This document shows positions 13,296 to 25,374 of a stretch of 64,000 bases of DNA, in pieces. The stretch is from Felis catus (lineage: Eukaryota): the NCBI RefSeq assembly GCF_018350175.1, contig NC_058368.1, positions 49,168,001-49,232,000 of the forward strand, given 5' to 3'. The notes under the pieces were generated by a model, which saw only the letters and a list, made by a program, of their open reading frames with translations, was not told the origin of the DNA and did not search any database. Positions within the stretch are counted from its first letter, which is position 1; every line of letters begins with the position of its first letter. A program made the translations under genes and the position numbers.

Positions 13296-13599
13296 TTTAC
13301 TCTAAAACAATAAGCGAGATCAAATTCAACATTTAGGAATCTGTTAAAATTTCACATGACATCTTCTTACTTGCTTCTACCTCTTACTCTCCTGCAGTGT
13401 CAAACCTGAAATAACTTGAGTTTCCTTATCGAGGCTCTGCAATTAAGTTCGCTTGGTTGCTTTGTAACCTTGGATATCTTCTGAGTTCAAAAAACATATG
13501 ATTTTGTAAATCACTCAAATTTCTCTTTTTGTTTAGAGGCACTGTTATCTTGAAGACTTCTAGTTGCTAAGTGGAATTGGAACTACTTAGGAGGTATAT

Positions 13600-14600
13600 T
13601 ATGATCAGCTCACAAATAATGCCAACCAGAAAGAAGAAAAAAATGATATTGGATTTTATAATAAAGATGTTTATTTGTTGGCAAATACCATTAAGAGCAT
13701 GAATAAGCAAGCCGCAGCGCAGGAGATATTTTCTACATATATAACCAACAAACAGCTCAAACCTAAAATGTGTTTTAAAAATCCCACAAATTAACACCAA
13801 CACCAACAACAAAAACAAGCAAGGAAATAGAGGCAAGAGTGAAGAAGCACTTTATATATGAGGGTATCCAAATAGCCAATAAATGTTTTAAAGGTACATA
13901 ACCTTATTTATCATCAGGGAAATGCAAAAGAAAACCTCAATGAGGTACTACTATACACAAAGAATTGCTAAAGTTAGGCAGATTATATACTGGAATAGCC
14001 ACTTGGGAAAAGATCTCAGCATCATCTACTAATGCTGAACATATACATTTGCTGTGATCCAACAATTTCCCCTCCAAGGAATATAACAAATAAAAATGTG
14101 GAATGTGGGAAGGTGGTAGGATAAGGTGTGTATGTGTGTGAACATCTACAGTAGGACTACCCTTAACAGCCAAACTCTGGAAACAACCCAAGTGTATCAC
14201 AGTAGAATGGATAAATAAAGTATAGTAAATTCATCCAATTGAATACTATGCATCAGTGAGAATGAACTACATCTATACTTGACAATATATATAACGTTGA
14301 GCAAAAAAGTCAGGCACAAATGAATATGTATTGTGTAACGCCAGTAATACAATGCTGAAAACCAGGCAAAACTAACCTAGCGGATTGCAAATCAGAATAA
14401 GAGATACCAGTTGGGAGGAGACTAGACCTTAGGAAGGATAGAGACATGGGGGAAGCTTCTGTTGTGCAGGGGCTAGCCTATTTATTTATTTAGGTGCTGG
14501 CTCATTGGGTGTATTCATTTTGCAATTATTGACAAAGGTGGACACTTATCCTTTGTGCGCTTTTCTCAATGTAAGTTATGCTTCATTAACAAAGGTTATC
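13600..14600 (+). mobile_element. Ancient L1 (L1ME-like) ORF2 end and 3'UTR
   Basis: Degenerate L1 hallmarks: CCAAATAGCCAATAAA, CATCAGGGAAATGCAAA, AACTCTGGAAACAACCCAAGTG, AGTAGAATGGATAAATAAAG. Confidence 0.75.
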
Positions 14601-15261
14601 TTTTTAATTATCCTGTTTTCCCCCGTCCCCTGCCCCCAGCAGGGACAAGGAGCCCTCTGGGATGGCCAATAAAAGATGAGACTTTTCTGAGTCTCACTTT
14701 TGACATATATCCCTGAGATTTTATTGGCATGCATTAGTCATGTACTGAGTTCAGTTATTTTCAAGGAGCACTTTGTGACAGCTTTAGTCATTCTCTTATG
14801 CTGTTGTAAAAATCACACTCAAGAGCTGCAACATTTTTACAACACCTTGAGAGTAGCATCTTAAGGTTTATTTCCCTCACTTCACAGTAAGTTTCTCAAT
14901 TTTGTGGTTCTAGCAATATATCTCTTCAATTTTATTAACAACATATTTATGTCCATAGCTTTTGAGCCTGATGAAAACACACCTTGCCAGTGTGCATGTG
15001 AAACATTCTACAAGAGCTGCCTGAGATTGAGTTCTGGATTTCCCTCTTACTACTGACAGATGTGGCTATGTGACATATTTTATGTCAGAGTGCCTGGTAC
15101 CTTGAAGTCGGCTGTAGAAAGGTCACCTAAGCCAGATGTCAGCCAAGCTGCTCTGCTGGGTCTCTTTGGGGTTTGTGTCTTCATGTTCACCCAGGTTCTA
15201 CACTCAGGAAGGACTCTTGATCTCCCTTACTTCTTAGTTCCCAGACCTGTTCTCATTTCCC

Positions 15262-15911
15262 TGTCATACACAGAATTTTAAGATGTCCCCATGAATTTTG
15301 TTTCCTGGTTTTACTCCTGTGAATCTCTCATATTAAGTGGTAAAAATAATGTTGCAGAGGTAATTAAGGTTACTGATCTAGTTGACTTTGAGATAATCAA
15401 AAGGGATACTATCTGCGTCAGTACAACCTAATTACTTGAGCCCTTTACAACAGGGCTACCCAGAAGATACCTGAAGGAGAGAGATTCTAAACACAAGAAT
15501 TGGTTGGCTTTTGAAGACGGAGGGGGCAATATGCAAGCACTGGAGAGCTACCTCTAGTTGCTGAGAATTACACCCAGCTGAGAGCCCGCAAGGAAAGAGG
15601 GCCTTAGACCTTTGATAGCAATGAAGTGGATTCTGCCAGCTCTCTGGCCAAGTTTGGAAGCAGGTTCCTCCCCACAGCTTTCAGGTAAGAACCCAGCCCT
15701 GCTGACAACTTGATTCTGGTTTTGTGAGAGCCTGAACAGAGAGCTGCATCAAACCTGCCCAGACTTCTGACTTACAGAACTGTGAATTAATGAATGGCTG
15801 TTCGTTGTTGAAGTCGCTTTTCTGAAATAGAATGGTGAGCTAATGAAAGGGTGCTGTTTTAAGCAGCTAAGTTTGTGGTAATTTGCTATACTGCAATAGA
15901 AAATAAATACA
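15262..15911 (+). mobile_element. ERVL-MaLR solo LTR (MLT1D/E-like)
   Basis: TG start, TTGCAGAGGTAATTAAGG motif, and TTTAAGCAGCTAAGTTTGTGGTAATTTGCTATACTGCAATAGAAAATAAATACA end. Confidence 0.85.
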
Positions 15912-16194
15912 CCCTCCCAGATGTGCAATTTATCACATTTTTCTTTTATTTCCACAACACAACTAACAAATGTGCACACAAGGCATTTGTTCTTTTTACA
16001 GACTTTTAATGAAGATTTAAAAGGTAATTACTAGAGAAATCTTGCAGATTCTTGTGCCAGTTAATCAAAATTTTGAAGATTCTCTATTCTTTCAAAGCCA
16101 CTTGACCATTTATGCCCAATCAGGAATCATCTTAAGTTCAGAATTTCTTTTTTCTACTTACTTCTTGCAACTATATTAATCAGCTCAAAATAGG

Positions 16195-16460
16195 TACCAT
16201 TATTGTGTGCTCACTAAATGGCACCTTTCTCACTAGATGCTCAGTTTTACATACCTGATCTGATTTAACCTTTATGATATCCCTGTAAAATAATGATCAT
16301 TATGTAATGCTTATTATTAATGTAAACAGGAGAGAAACCTGAGGTCCAAAAAGTTTATCAATTTTGTCCAAGGTTACAGAGTCAATAAAACTCAGTAGCA
16401 GGATTAGAAACCAGTCATTCCAATATTGAATACTTTATTCTTAACCACCATACTGTGCTA
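16195..16460 (-). mobile_element. MIR SINE
   Basis: GAAACCTGAGGTCC...TGTCCAAGGTTACAGAG...TCTTAACCACCATACTGT (reverse of MIR 5' end). Confidence 0.7.
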
Positions 16461-16649
16461 TCATTTATGGGTTCATCAATGATAATAAATACCCTATGAG
16501 TGTCATGATATCTTTCCTTACAGCTCTTTACAATAAAATTGCAGCTGACAGAATTATTATCTTTAGCATTGTGGTCACTATGAATAAAATTAATCTAAAA
16601 GCTCCTTGAAAAACCTTGTATCTATATAGCTATAATAAGGGCTATGAAG

Positions 16650-16760
16650 AGAATTCACTCATTTGGCAAATATTTTTGCTTGACACTCCTGTGCTAGGCA
16701 CTGGAGATACAACAGTAAACACATGCCTGCCCTCAAAAGATTCATAATCTGGAAGCTGGA
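16650..16760 (-). mobile_element. L2 3' end fragment
   Basis: ATTCACTCATTTGGCAAATATTTT...TGTGCTAGGCACTGGAGATACAACAGTAAAC...CCTGCCCTCA. Confidence 0.7.
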
Positions 16761-19274
16761 GGATTGAGTAACAATTAAATGTAATTGACTTCAACTTAAA
16801 ACAATTTAATTGTTGAGAGGACAAAATAATTTGGTCACAATGCAGAATCTTAATACCTCTGGTTCTGGATTCCCACCCCCCCCCCCCCAACCCTGCTTTC
16901 CAACCTCTGTATTTTGAAAATAAGAACCTTTACATCTGAGCTAAGCCAAAGTATTTCTCTGTTAATATACAGGGGGCAAATTTTAAGCAAAGGTGCTACA
17001 AATATTCTCAGAGATTCTAATCCATTAAACTGTTCCTTCAGGAGAAATGGACTCTCCCTTGTCACCTCAACGGTACAGATACCTGAAGACGTCTTCATGA
17101 AATGTGATTATTGGAATCAGAGGCCCTAGTGAAAAATTGGATTTGGAAATAAACGCTTTGGATTTTTTACTTGGAGGGGTAAGGGAGCTAAGGGTACAGA
17201 GTTAGGGAAAGGAGGGTTGTCTGTAGAAACAGTCACTTTAGGAGATGTGTTTCCCTTCCACAATCTCCCACTCATGATATTAACTTGGAAGAGTGATTAT
17301 CCAAGTTTATCTTGAAATTAGCTTATCTTCTTATCATGAGGTTACTAATGGACGTTAAGGTTTGGGGATGAAAGTTTTATATATATGCTTATTTTACAAT
17401 TAAAATACATTATAACCTTGTCATTTGAATGCAAAATATGGAAAAATTTAAACTGAATTTACTATAAAATATGGTAATTAATTGAGCATGTCTCTTTTTG
17501 GTCTATTTCATTACTGGAGAAAGAATATTAGAATCATTATAAAACCTGAAGCAAACTCTAAGTAGAAGATGATTTCATTTATAAACTGACACCATTATTG
17601 ACTTATTTCTCTGGTTAATACAAAATATCAGAGTTCTGATCTTGGTAGTTCATTTCTACAGTACTAGAAAAGAGCACATTGTAGAATATATTAACCTATA
17701 GCAATTACATGCTACTTAGTACAACCTGGCAGTAAATGTCTTGCTGACTTAAGTTACTGATGAATACTTAGTATGTGTTTGGGCCAGAATTTAAATATTG
17801 TGACTGGTGAATATCGATAGAAAACCTAAAAATATCCTAAATAGCCACATTACATAATTGTTCTTGCCCATTCATTATTGGGTTTTTAATAAAAATTCTA
17901 GATGTCTACCATCTGGATCCAAACATCAACTGTCTTCAAGTTCCACTAAATTTAGGATGAGGGGCATGAAGTGTTTTCACATTAAATTGAACTCATGAAA
18001 GATTGTTGTGACACTTGCTGAATGACTCCGTTCATTTGCCTGAAGAACATTTCATGCTCTAGAGAGAGTATATTCCACCGAATGGTACACTTCCAGATAA
18101 AAAATGTTCTTCATTATAAAATGAGCAGTTTCTTATAGGAAGCAGTTTGTTATTGTTTCTGCACTAGAACACATTATTTATTGACCTCTGTGTATTCTAC
18201 AACAAAAGGGATACTACACTTTTAGAAAGACTTGAATCTCATATAAACCCTCATACCCTCTAAATTGCAACTTAGACAGTTTTTCCTTGCCTATACGGTG
18301 AATTTGTTTATAAAAAAATAACAGTTACAGGTTGAATTCCTTTAGTGCTCAAGCATAATTACAGTTAGTTTCAATAGGGAAAAATATTTTGCATCACAAA
18401 CCCTAAAAAACCCATTGTTGATAATTCAACACTAGTTCTCATTCAGATAGAAACAACTACTTCGAAGGTTAACATGAATTATTATAATACAATTTATAGG
18501 ACAATCTCTCTTTATTAATGTGATTTAGTTAACTAAATTAATTTGACTTGATGTAGCTGCTTACCCGCTCTGGTTTTGGAGGCTACTATGTAACTTACAT
18601 ATAACCTATGCTTATAAACAAGACACATATATGATACTCTATGCATTTCTACAGGAACTCATATTTCAACACTTCCCACATGGAATCGTAAAGACAAAAA
18701 AACCCCAATAAACAGCAGAAATGGTGTCAAACCCAATGAACACCACTGGCACCAAGGAGGTGTGATACAAGAATCCACTGTGGCTATAAATTCAAGCACT
18801 AGGACACTGAGAATTTAAAATCTGCTCCAGCTCCATGTATATGAAGATGACCAGGCTCTATTGTTGAGTGATTCATCTGCATATGAGGTAAGCAAAATCC
18901 TAAACACCTCTTACCCAAATTCCCATAGCCCAAAAGGGTACACCACCTGATTATACTCAGCCAGGGTACATTTTTTTTTTTTACAAGTTACATTTAGTTA
19001 TATTGAGTACTAATCTCCTTAGTTTCCCAATTTAAGAAATCACTTCAGTGTTTCTCTTCCACCTTAAAGTCCTCTAGAATATACCTATAAATAATATAAT
19101 TTAAAGAAACAACTGTATGAGGACTTATCATTGGCCATTTGTGTTGGCTTTGATAAATTATTATCTCCATATATAATCTGGGGGAAAACGTTGAGAAAAT
19201 GTCAAACTCCATATGCATAAATTTTAATTTAAAATAATGCTAATGTTCACATCTCCATCTTTTTTTCTAGTGAC

Positions 19275-19666
19275 TGTGGGGCATCCAGATCAGATGGGGG
19301 AGGCACCATATGTGGTGCTTGGGTGGAGATAGGCAGCAAGGGTGGTGAAAGAATTCACCCAAAGGCAGAACAAAAGAGAAGTTTATTGAATACACAGCAA
19401 GGGAGCAGCAGGCGGGACAGCAAAGGAGAGACTTTCTGCCAGAAGACAAGGTGGTGGTGAGGGAATATGGGGACGGATGGAATTTTCCCTTTTTTGGTAA
19501 CCTTAGGAGCTATGCCTGGTTCTAATGGGTCACTTAGGGCCTATGGTTATTTCGAAGTGGGTTGCTCAATGAGCCTGTCTGCATTCAGCTTGGTGGTCTC
19601 TGTGGGCTCTTTTGCCTTGCTCAGATTTCCATTGCTCAAGTTCGTTGCCTAAAAGCAGCCTCTACA
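19275..19666 (-). mobile_element. Solo ERV LTR (carnivore CarLTR-type)
   Basis: 392-bp GC-richer block bounded by TG...CA; minus strand starts TGTAGAGGCTGCTTTTAGGC and has AATAAA (TTTATT at 19382-19387 on +); near-TSD GTGAC (19270-19274) / GTTAC (19667-19671). Confidence 0.8.
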
Positions 19667-19739
19667 GTTACATACTCTCCCCAACAAGTATAAAAGCCAA
19701 AGTTAAAAAAACAAAGTACCTTTGTTATTTTCATCTTCC

Positions 19740-20340
19740 TTTCCATCCTCAATCTACTCTAATATGACTTTTGCTCCAATCACACCATCAAAAACTCTCT
19801 TGTTAATGTGACTAATGACTATTCATGTCACTCTCTGCTCCCAATTTGCTCTACTTCTAGCAGCTTCCCATTTGAGCTTTTCCTCCTTCTTGCAATCTTT
19901 ACATCTTTTGCTTTCTAGAAAACTCTTCTAATTTTCCTCTTACCAGGCTTGCCAACTCCTTCATGTTCATCTTACCTGGCACCTCTTTTTCTATCAAAAT
20001 TTACAGGTATACATCCTAGACTTCTATCCTGAAGACTCAAGTTCCATTAAGTCTACCTCCTAAATATCTCCCAAATCTGTCCTTTTCCTTTCCTCCCCAC
20101 TTCTGTCACATCAGTAAAAGCTAATGCGCACTCTTTCCTGGGCAATCTGGGTTTCCTTACAGTCTTCCACATAACTTTTATTCCCCTGTCATCCATTCTT
20201 CACATTACTACTACATTGAACTCTATAATGCCAACCTTACAGTGTCACTCCTATTTTTAAAGTGTTTCAGTGATGTCCCAGTGTCCTTAAGGATTCCCAA
20301 ATCCTCAGCATAACACACCAGATATTCCGTGATAGGGTTT
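19740..20340 (+). mobile_element. L2 LINE internal remnant
   Basis: Pyrimidine-rich, with L2 motifs such as TCTACCTCCTAAATATCTCCCAAATCTGTCC and TGTCACTCCTATTTTTAAA. Confidence 0.6.
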
Positions 20341-20589
20341 CTTCTTTTGCCTCTCATTTGCTATGTGTACTTGCTATTTTAGCAAAAATGACTAAAAACT
20401 AATATAAATAGAGTGCAAGAGAAGAGATCTTTGAGATCCAAAGACATCATGTGTAAAATCCTTGTGGAAAAAGAACAATTTCATACAAGAAGTTGATGAT
20501 CAAGTATCCGCTTTCAAGTGCTAGGCATGTGAAGCACTTGACACTTCAGCCCAGACTCAGGTTAAGGCTAGTGGGTGGATGAAACTTCC

Positions 20590-21040
20590 AAGCCACCAGA
20601 CATCTGAGTGTGTCTACAACGGCGTTTCTGGATTAGATTAACATTTGAATCACGTAGACTGAGTGAAGATGATTACTCTCCCCAGTTGTGGGTAAGTCTC
20701 CTCTAATCAACTGAAAACCTAAATAGAAGATCAAGGCTGAGGGAGAGGAAACTCCACCTGGCTGTTTGAGCTAGGATATCAGTCTTTCTGTCTTAAACTC
20801 AAACTGAAACACTGGCTTTCCTTGGGTCTTGAGCCTGTTGGCTTTTGGACTGGAACTTACACAACTGGTTCTCGGGCCTTTTTCTTAGACTGGAGCCACA
20901 CCACTGTCTCTCCGGTGTCCCCATTTTGTGAACTACAGATCTTGGGACTTCTCAGCCTCCATATTCATGTGAGCTATTCTTTATAACACCTCCAGACACC
21001 CCCCCCCCCCCCCCCCGTCATGATAGATAGATCTAGATAT
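20590..21040 (+). mobile_element. ERVL LTR (MLT2-like), 3' end missing
   Basis: GTTTCTGGATTAGATTAACATTTGAATC...AGACTGAGT...CAGATCTTGGGACTTCTCAGCCTCCAT are MLT2 hallmarks; contains C18 run at 20999-21016. Confidence 0.8.
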
Positions 21041-21044
21041 ATCT

Positions 21045-21744
21045 TGAGCCTTATTAAGGATTATTGTTGAGCCTTAAGATCTAATGCAATTTGCCTATCT
21101 AGGTTTTGGACTTGTTTGGGACCTGTTACCCCTTTCTTCTGATTCCTCCCTCTTGGAATGGGAATGTCCACCCTATGCCCGCTCTAGCACTGTATTTTGA
21201 AGCACATAACTTGTCTGGTTTCACAGCTTCACATCTGGAGAGGAATTTTGCTTCAGGCTGAATCATACCTTGAATCTCATCCACATCTAATTTGAATGAT
21301 ATTTAGCTGAGATTCAGGACTTTAGACTTTATATTTGATGCTGAAATGAATTAATACTTTTGGGGCTGCTGGGATGGGATGAATGTATGTTGCATGTGTT
21401 AAGGACATGAATTTGGGGGGCAAGGGTTGGAATACTATAGATTGATTTGTGTCATTCCCAAATGTCTACATTAAAGCCCTAAGCCCCAGTGTGACTGGGT
21501 TTAGAGGTAAGATCTTTAGGAAGTAATTAAGATTAAATGGGGTGTTCACAGTGGGGCCCTAATCCTACAGGACTATGACCTTACCAGAAGAGATCTCTCT
21601 CACCACCTTGTGAGGACACAGTGAGAAGCCTGTCTGTAAACCAGAAGAACTTCCAGGCTCTGGAACTATAAGAAAATGAGTTTCTGTTGTTTAAGCCACT
21701 CAGTTTATGGTATGCTGTTATGACAGCCTGAGTAAACTAAGACA
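21045..21744 (+). mobile_element. MaLR internal 3' segment plus 3' LTR (MLT1A-like; LTR 21433-21744)
   Basis: MLT1-int end (TGGAATGGGAATGTC...GGACATGAATTTGGGGGGCAAGGG purine tract) directly followed by an LTR ending TTTAAGCCACTCAGTTTATGGTAT...AACTAAGACA. Confidence 0.85.
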
Positions 21745-22312
21745 TGCAGGAAACAGAGACTGAACACTACGGTCATAGTGCTTACATAGAGGAATCTGAA
21801 AGCTCTTGCTAGAATCATTTTGTCCTTTGTTGTAAATACTACGTCAACAGTTACTATTTTTTCTTGTTTTATAATGTTTTTTTTTTTTATTTTACAGTAA
21901 ATCCTTTGGCAGCAACGAGCTCAAAAGTGAGAGTGCATGTTTAATGAAAAATTAAATACTGAATTTCCATTTCTCAAGATAGTTGATTATAAATGTGTAA
22001 CTTGCAAAAAGTGTTTGTTGACATTTACTTTTCACTCTTATGGATGGTACAAAAGCAGCTACACAAGGTGTGTTTACATATCAATCCATGAGCCACGTCT
22101 TTTCATCTAAATCAAATTGCCTGTTATTCTAAATTAATGATGTTTATTTTGATCCTAAGCTTTCTTTAACACATTTGAAACCTGAAGTGCCTGTGTTTAA
22201 TGTATTGGCTTTATGATCAAAAGACTGTCACAGATAGTTAAATGACACCAGAATAATACCAGGGTCATTAAATGCTTCAGATAGAAAAATAAGTGAATTC
22301 CAGTAATACATT

Positions 22313-22313
22313 T

Positions 22314-22346
<33 letters not shown>

Positions 22347-22353
22347 GTTTTTT
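22313..22353. repeat. (TTTTG/TTTTTG)n simple repeat
   Basis: Seen directly; interrupts the transposase remnant. Confidence 0.9.
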
Positions 22354-23108
22354 GCTTTTAATGCAGTTCATGAAATCAAAGAAAAGCTTTGGAAAGTACA
22401 TTCTGCTAAAAGTGAAACATCTGATATTACTGTGAATGTTATTGTAAACTTGATTAAGTTCAAAATGGCACAAAAAATTATTTGCTTCTGCGGTGATAAT
22501 ATGAACAAGATGCATGTGTGGTGGAGCACAGCATTTGGGTAAAAGCAATATTCTTACTAAATTAAAGAACTTATGGGGCAGAAATTTTCCTCTATCTGCT
22601 GTGGTACACATATAAGTAATAATTACATTCAAACAAACAGCAGTGTCTCCTAATCAAAATGGAACCTGTAGATGTCACATTTCACAATACTGTTATATAG
22701 ATGTGCAGATAAACTAACTGAACTATAAAATTGTTGCGAAGAAGCAGATGTTGACTTGATTAGAAAAAGCTTCAGCAGAGGGGTACTTGCTTCCTCACTT
22801 TGCTGCTCAGCATTGTTTGGATTTGAGAAATGTTTTAACCACTGAAGGACTATTTTGAAGTCGACCTATGTGTCCTACGATAATAAGAAACCTTTCGGTA
22901 AATTAAATCATCCTTCTAAATTGTGGTTGAATTTGTTAAAAATCAGTTAAGTATCTCTAAAAGTGTTTAACCAAGGGTGTGCCAAAAATTTTAGTTTTCA
23001 ATCTTTTAAAAACTGTCATTATTACAACTAAAACTTACAACCAGGAAAATAATGACATTTACACTCAAAAAGCAAAAAGGATCTGAGCAGATAAAACAGG
23101 ATGAGACT

Positions 23109-23344
23109 GGGGCGCCTGGGTGGTGCAGTCGGTTAAGCGTCCGACTTCAGCCAGGTCACGATCTCGCAGTCCGTGAGTTCGAGCCCCGCGTCAGGCTCTG
23201 GGCTGATGGCTCGGAGCCTGGAGCCTGTTTCTGATTCTGTGTCTCCCTCTCTCTCTGCCCCTCCCCCGTTCATGCTCTGTCTCTCTCTGTCCCAAAAATA
23301 AATAAAAACGCTGAAAAAAAATTAAAAAAACAAACAAACAAAAA
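23109..23344 (+). mobile_element. Young feline CAN-SINE (SINEC_Fc-like)
   Basis: GGGGCGCCTGGGTGG head, Pol III A/B boxes, (CT)n, A tail; perfect 16-bp TSD AAAACAGGATGAGACT at 23093-23108 and 23345-23360. Confidence 0.97.
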
Positions 23345-23384
23345 AAAACAGGATGAGACTTCACTGTCTTCTTTTTCCCCCAGG

Positions 23385-23570
23385 TATAATATACCTAAAA
23401 TATGTAAATTAATCATAAGGGCACAATTTGACAGATTTTTATTGTTTGATCATTGTGTTAGTTTTATTTTATATAAACTTATGTGTGTATGTTTATACCC
23501 ATATAATTACCATCCTGATGAAGATACAAAATATTCTAACAGCCCATAAGCTTCTTTCCTATCTCTTTGT
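23385..23570 (-). mobile_element. Ancient L1 (L1ME-like) 3' fragment
   Basis: AGGTATAATATACC...TATACCCATATAATTACCATCCTGATGAAGATACAAAATATT resembles reversed L1ME 3' ends. Confidence 0.5.
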
Positions 23571-23980
23571 AAAACTGCATTTTAAAATTGAACAATTCAG
23601 CTTTGAAATATCTGAAGCAACTTTTGACTGAGCTATTTTTGGTTGTATACATGTATATTCCATCTCAGGATGCAAAAGAATTGAGAAGGGGCATGATTTG
23701 GAAATTCTCAATTTGGATAAAGATTCAAGATTCACAAATTAAGCAAACCTACTTGATCAGTTTGCCTCATTAAAAATATAATCAACTAAGTTACTCAAAA
23801 GGAGGGGAAAAAAAGACAGTACCTATAAAAATATTAGGGCTGAAACATTTATACAACTTGATACAAAACAAATTGGAATTAAGCATATCCTTTACTTAGT
23901 AGAATTAGCTCTGAGTTTATCAGATACTTCATCAACAACCAAGAGAGTATTTTCTCCATTATAAGTATTATTAGGTTCTA

Positions 23981-24158
23981 GAGGCACCTGGGTAGCTCAG
24001 CTGGTTAAGTGTTGACTCTTGATTTTGTAATGATCTCACGATTTGCGGGATCGAGCCCCATGTCCGGCTCTGCACTGACAGTGCAGAGCCTGCTTGGGAT
24101 TCTCACTGTCCCTCTCCCTCTGCTCTTTCCTCTCTCTCTCTCAAAAATAAATACACTT
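23981..24158 (+). mobile_element. Older CAN-SINE (tail continues to about 24398 after nested SINE)
   Basis: GAGGCACCTGGGTAGCTCAG head; degraded outer TSD ATTATTAGGTTCTA / ATTATTATGCTCTA. Confidence 0.9.
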
Positions 24159-24372
24159 GGGGCGCCTGGGTGGCGCAGTCGGTTAAGCGTCTGACTTCAG
24201 CCAGGTCACGATCTCGCAGTCCGTGAGTTCGAGCCCCGCGTCAGGCTCTGGGCTGATGGCTCGGAGCCCGGAGCCTGTTTCCGATTCTGTGTCTCCCTCT
24301 CTCTCTGCCCCTCCCCCGTTCATGCTCTGTCTCTCTCTGTCCCAAAAATAAATAAACGTTGAAAAAAAAAAT
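24159..24372 (+). mobile_element. Young feline CAN-SINE inserted in the tail of the older SINE
   Basis: Complete element; perfect TSD AAATAAATACACTT at 24145-24158 and 24373-24386. Confidence 0.97.
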
Positions 24373-24628
24373 AAATAAATACACTTAAAAAAGGAAACAT
24401 TATTATGCTCTATAGAGATGGTTCAGTTGAAGGTATAAATAATTTCTAATTTATCAGCAATAAAGTGCATTTTAAAGAAGATTGCCAGTAATTCTATAAA
24501 AAGAATAGACCATAATAAAAATCACAGTCTTTGGAGAAATAATGTATTAGACACCTAGGAAATTGATTAAACAGATATACCTAGGAAATTGATTGAAATA
24601 TATTAATATGCACTGTTCAATCACTTAT

Positions 24629-24840
24629 TTTTTTTTTCAACGTTTATTTATTTTTGGGACAGAGAGAGACAGAGCATGAACGGGGGAGGGGCAGAGAGAG
24701 AGGGAGACACTGAATCGGAAACAGGCTCCAGGCTCCGAGCCATCAGCCCAGAGCCTGATGCGGAGCTCGAACTCACGGACCGCGAGACCGTGACCTGGCT
24801 GAAGTCGGACGCTTAACCGACTGTGCCACCCAGGTGCCCC
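24629..24840 (-). mobile_element. Young feline CAN-SINE
   Basis: Complete reverse copy; TSD CAATCACTTAT at 24618-24628 and 24842-24852. Confidence 0.97.
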
Positions 24841-24929
24841 ACAATCACTTATGATATTTTTGATGGTCTTATGATTAATTTAAAGATTTTGAATTTTTCT
24901 TTAATGTACAAGGTTATATGTTGTTTCAT

Positions 24930-25370
24930 TAATTTTTTAGAAAACATGGTGTAACTTTTTGTCAGGGACTAACATCAAACATACAGAAGAAGAGTTTGAG
25001 GAATAAAAAACTGTACATAGTATAGCTGTATATACTTTAACTGCATTCACCTATTGTTAACATTTTGTCCCATTTGCTGCAGTCATTTGAGCACTTACTC
25101 TTCTATCACATTTGAAAGTAAATTGTATGTATCCTATCTTTTTGCTTTTATTCTTAAATACCTTGGCATGTATTTCCCCAAAAGTAAAAATATCCTTTTA
25201 TAAAACCATAGTACAGTTATCATTACCAGTAAATGTAACACCTAGGTTAGATTTTTCTCTCACATCCATATGATAATTTTGTCAATTGACCCAAGCTGAT
25301 CTATGGCATTTTTTTTTTTTTCCTTCAGTGCAGGATTGAAGACCTGGTGCAGGATCAGATATTGCATCAC
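24930..25370 (-). mobile_element. Old L1 3'UTR (L1MC4/5-like), resuming briefly after 25880
   Basis: ATTCACCTATTGTTAACATTTTG...CATTTGAAAGTAAATTG...CTTAAATACCTTGGCATGTATTTCC...AACCATAGTACAGTTATC. Confidence 0.65.
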
Positions 25371-25374
25371 TTAT

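Noticed and set aside
23109..23200. tRNA gene suggested by A/B boxes
   Set aside because: tRNA-derived SINE head followed by (CT)n, A tail and TSD; not a tRNA.
23052..23234. Peptide GAPGWxSRLSVRLQPGHDLAVREFEPRV recurring at 23052, 24009 and 61828 as a gene family
   Set aside because: It is a translation of the CAN-SINE body.
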